Source of the DNA: Clostridia bacterium
Lineage (GTDB): Bacteria > Bacillota > Clostridia > CAKSNL01 > HGM11501
Reading direction: 5' to 3'
Assembly (NCBI GenBank): GCA_045545475.1
Contig: JAZQAZ010000012.1
Span: 1 to 28,135, forward strand
DNA: 28,135 nt
Shown here: positions 27,055 to 28,135 of the stretch, piece after piece
How the letters are laid out: each line of letters opens with the position of its first letter
Position numbering within the stretch: the first letter of the stretch is position 1
Program-made: the position numbers and the translations under genes
Notes under the pieces: generated by a model
The model's database searches: none
The model's input: the letters and a program-made list of their open reading frames with translations, nothing else
Told to the model about the DNA's origin: nothing

Positions 27055-27837
27055 ATGGATAAAAATTTTGAATTTATAGAAAAACACAACCAAATAAAAT
27101 TTCGTTATGCCAGTGGCAAATCCATCCGGTCGGGTAACGAAATTCACGAATATCACGAAATATTGTACTATATAGACGGAGATGCCACATTCTTATCGGA
27201 AAACTATTGTGAGGAGTTGACAAGAGACACTTTGCTGATAATACCGAAAGAGTGTTATCACAGCTTTGAGATAAAAAATCAGAATGTATATACCCGTCTT
27301 GTGCTGAATTTTCCTGATATTTGTGTTCCCTCTGAAATGGCAGACGTGTTTAAAAGAATATCTGTCATACATAACGTAAGCCCGGAGATAGCCTATGTCA
27401 TAGAGCGTATGTGCCACGTTTTAACAAAAGAAACTGCCGGAGCGGAACACTTGCTCTATGCGCTTTATAACCTTTTGATATCAGAATTACATTGCTTTGG
27501 CATCGAAGGCAGCGAGCCCGGGTACCGTGCAAAGGACAGCGTTTCCGGGCGGTGTATAGAATATATAAAAGGCAATTTAAGCAAAAGAATCACAGCCTGT
27601 GATATTGCATCGCACTTAAACATATCAACCTCGTCGCTCTTACATAGCTTTAAGTCAGAGATGGGAACTCCCCTACACAGATACATAACGGAAAAGCGAC
27701 TTATATATGCCCGAAGCCTGATAGCCGAAGGTGCGAGGCCCACAGAGATATTTTATATGTGTGGCTTTGAAGATTATTCGGGATTTTACAAGGCGTTTTT
27801 AAAAATGTTCGGCTATCCCCCATCAAAGATAAAGTGA
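27055..27837 (+). CDS. AraC family transcriptional regulator (cupin plus HTH)
   Basis: HEYHEILY cupin; C-terminal IASHLNIS..L.HSFK, KRL, CGFEDYSGFYKAFLKMFGYPPS; divergent from the sugar-acid operon. ATG 27055 preferred to 27037, which lies inside the promoter. Confidence 0.92.
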   Translation: MDKNFEFIEKHNQIKFRYASGKSIRSGNEIHEYHEILYYIDGDATFLSENYCEELTRDTLLIIPKECYHSFEIKNQNVYTRLVLNFPDICVPSEMADVFKRISVIHNVSPEIAYVIERMCHVLTKETAGAEHLLYALYNLLISELHCFGIEGSEPGYRAKDSVSGRCIEYIKGNLSKRITACDIASHLNISTSSLLHSFKSEMGTPLHRYITEKRLIYARSLIAEGARPTEIFYMCGFEDYSGFYKAFLKMFGYPPSKIK

Positions 27838-27880
27838 TATAAAAAAAGCACCCTTTCGGCGGTACTTCTTAGGGAGAAGC

Positions 27881-27991
27881 CGGTTTTGGCTTGTTATTTT
27901 CCGCTGATAGTGCGCAAAAAAACGCAGACATACGCCAGTATGGCTGCGTTTTTTAACTTCTCTAAGGCGAAAAATTCCTAACCCAAAACTG
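27881..27991. repeat. Long imperfect palindrome (REP/MITE-like)
   Basis: Core AAAAAACGCAGACATAC-gcca-GTATGGCTGCGTTTTTT (27917-27954, one mismatch); outer arms CGGTTTTGG / CCAAAACTG. Confidence 0.6.
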
Positions 27992-28135
27992 CGAATGCAC
28001 CACAAAATTCTCGATTTTGAGTGCAGGACTATGAGAAAAAACTGTGCCCATCGAGGGCAAGTTTTTTGCTCGGAAATTTTCACGGCATATTAAGATGCCT
28101 AAGAAAATTTCCTTCGCATAGGAAAAAAGCCGAAG

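Noticed and set aside
27846-27870. Terminator directly after araC
   Set aside because: The stem AAGCACC/GGTACTT has a mismatch and a weak U tract; too weak to call.
7-28083. Short antisense or overlapping ORFs in the track (e.g. 7-195, 386-640, 862-1272, 8900-9265, 11690-12091, 26618-27013, 27823-28083)
   Set aside because: They are shadows of well-supported genes or of regulatory and palindromic DNA, with no recognisable motifs.

Overview
AT-rich bacterial chromosomal segment. Clostridia/Firmicutes is inferred from AGGAGG ribosome-binding sites, sigmaA-type promoters and the protein families. Most of the window (605-23843) is one co-directional, tightly packed 20-gene polysaccharide locus of Wzx/Wzy type. 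It encodes a priming transferase, Wzx, Wzy, GT2/GT4/GT32 transferases, an acetyltransferase and a dispersed GtrA/GtrB/GT-C plus YdjC modification set. It has no recognisable CpsABCD/tyrosine-kinase module. It does carry a sensor diguanylate cyclase at its head, two membrane-anchored EAL proteins near its tail, and two paralogous co-polymerase-like proteins, one ending in a degenerate GGDEF domain. It also encodes a DnaA-domain-I-like/TM/metallophosphoesterase fusion. Together these suggest a c-di-GMP-wired Wzy-dependent polysaccharide system, which is the main candidate for novelty. Downstream are a bidirectional terminator, about 9 copies of a GC-rich 33-bp tandem repeat, a convergent aldolase-dgoK-BNR glycosidase operon with a divergent and probably leaderless AraC regulator, and a hairpin-dense non-coding end. 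The 5' part of a fucose/arabinose-isomerase-family gene runs off the left edge. All family calls are by motif recognition by eye; no searches were run.
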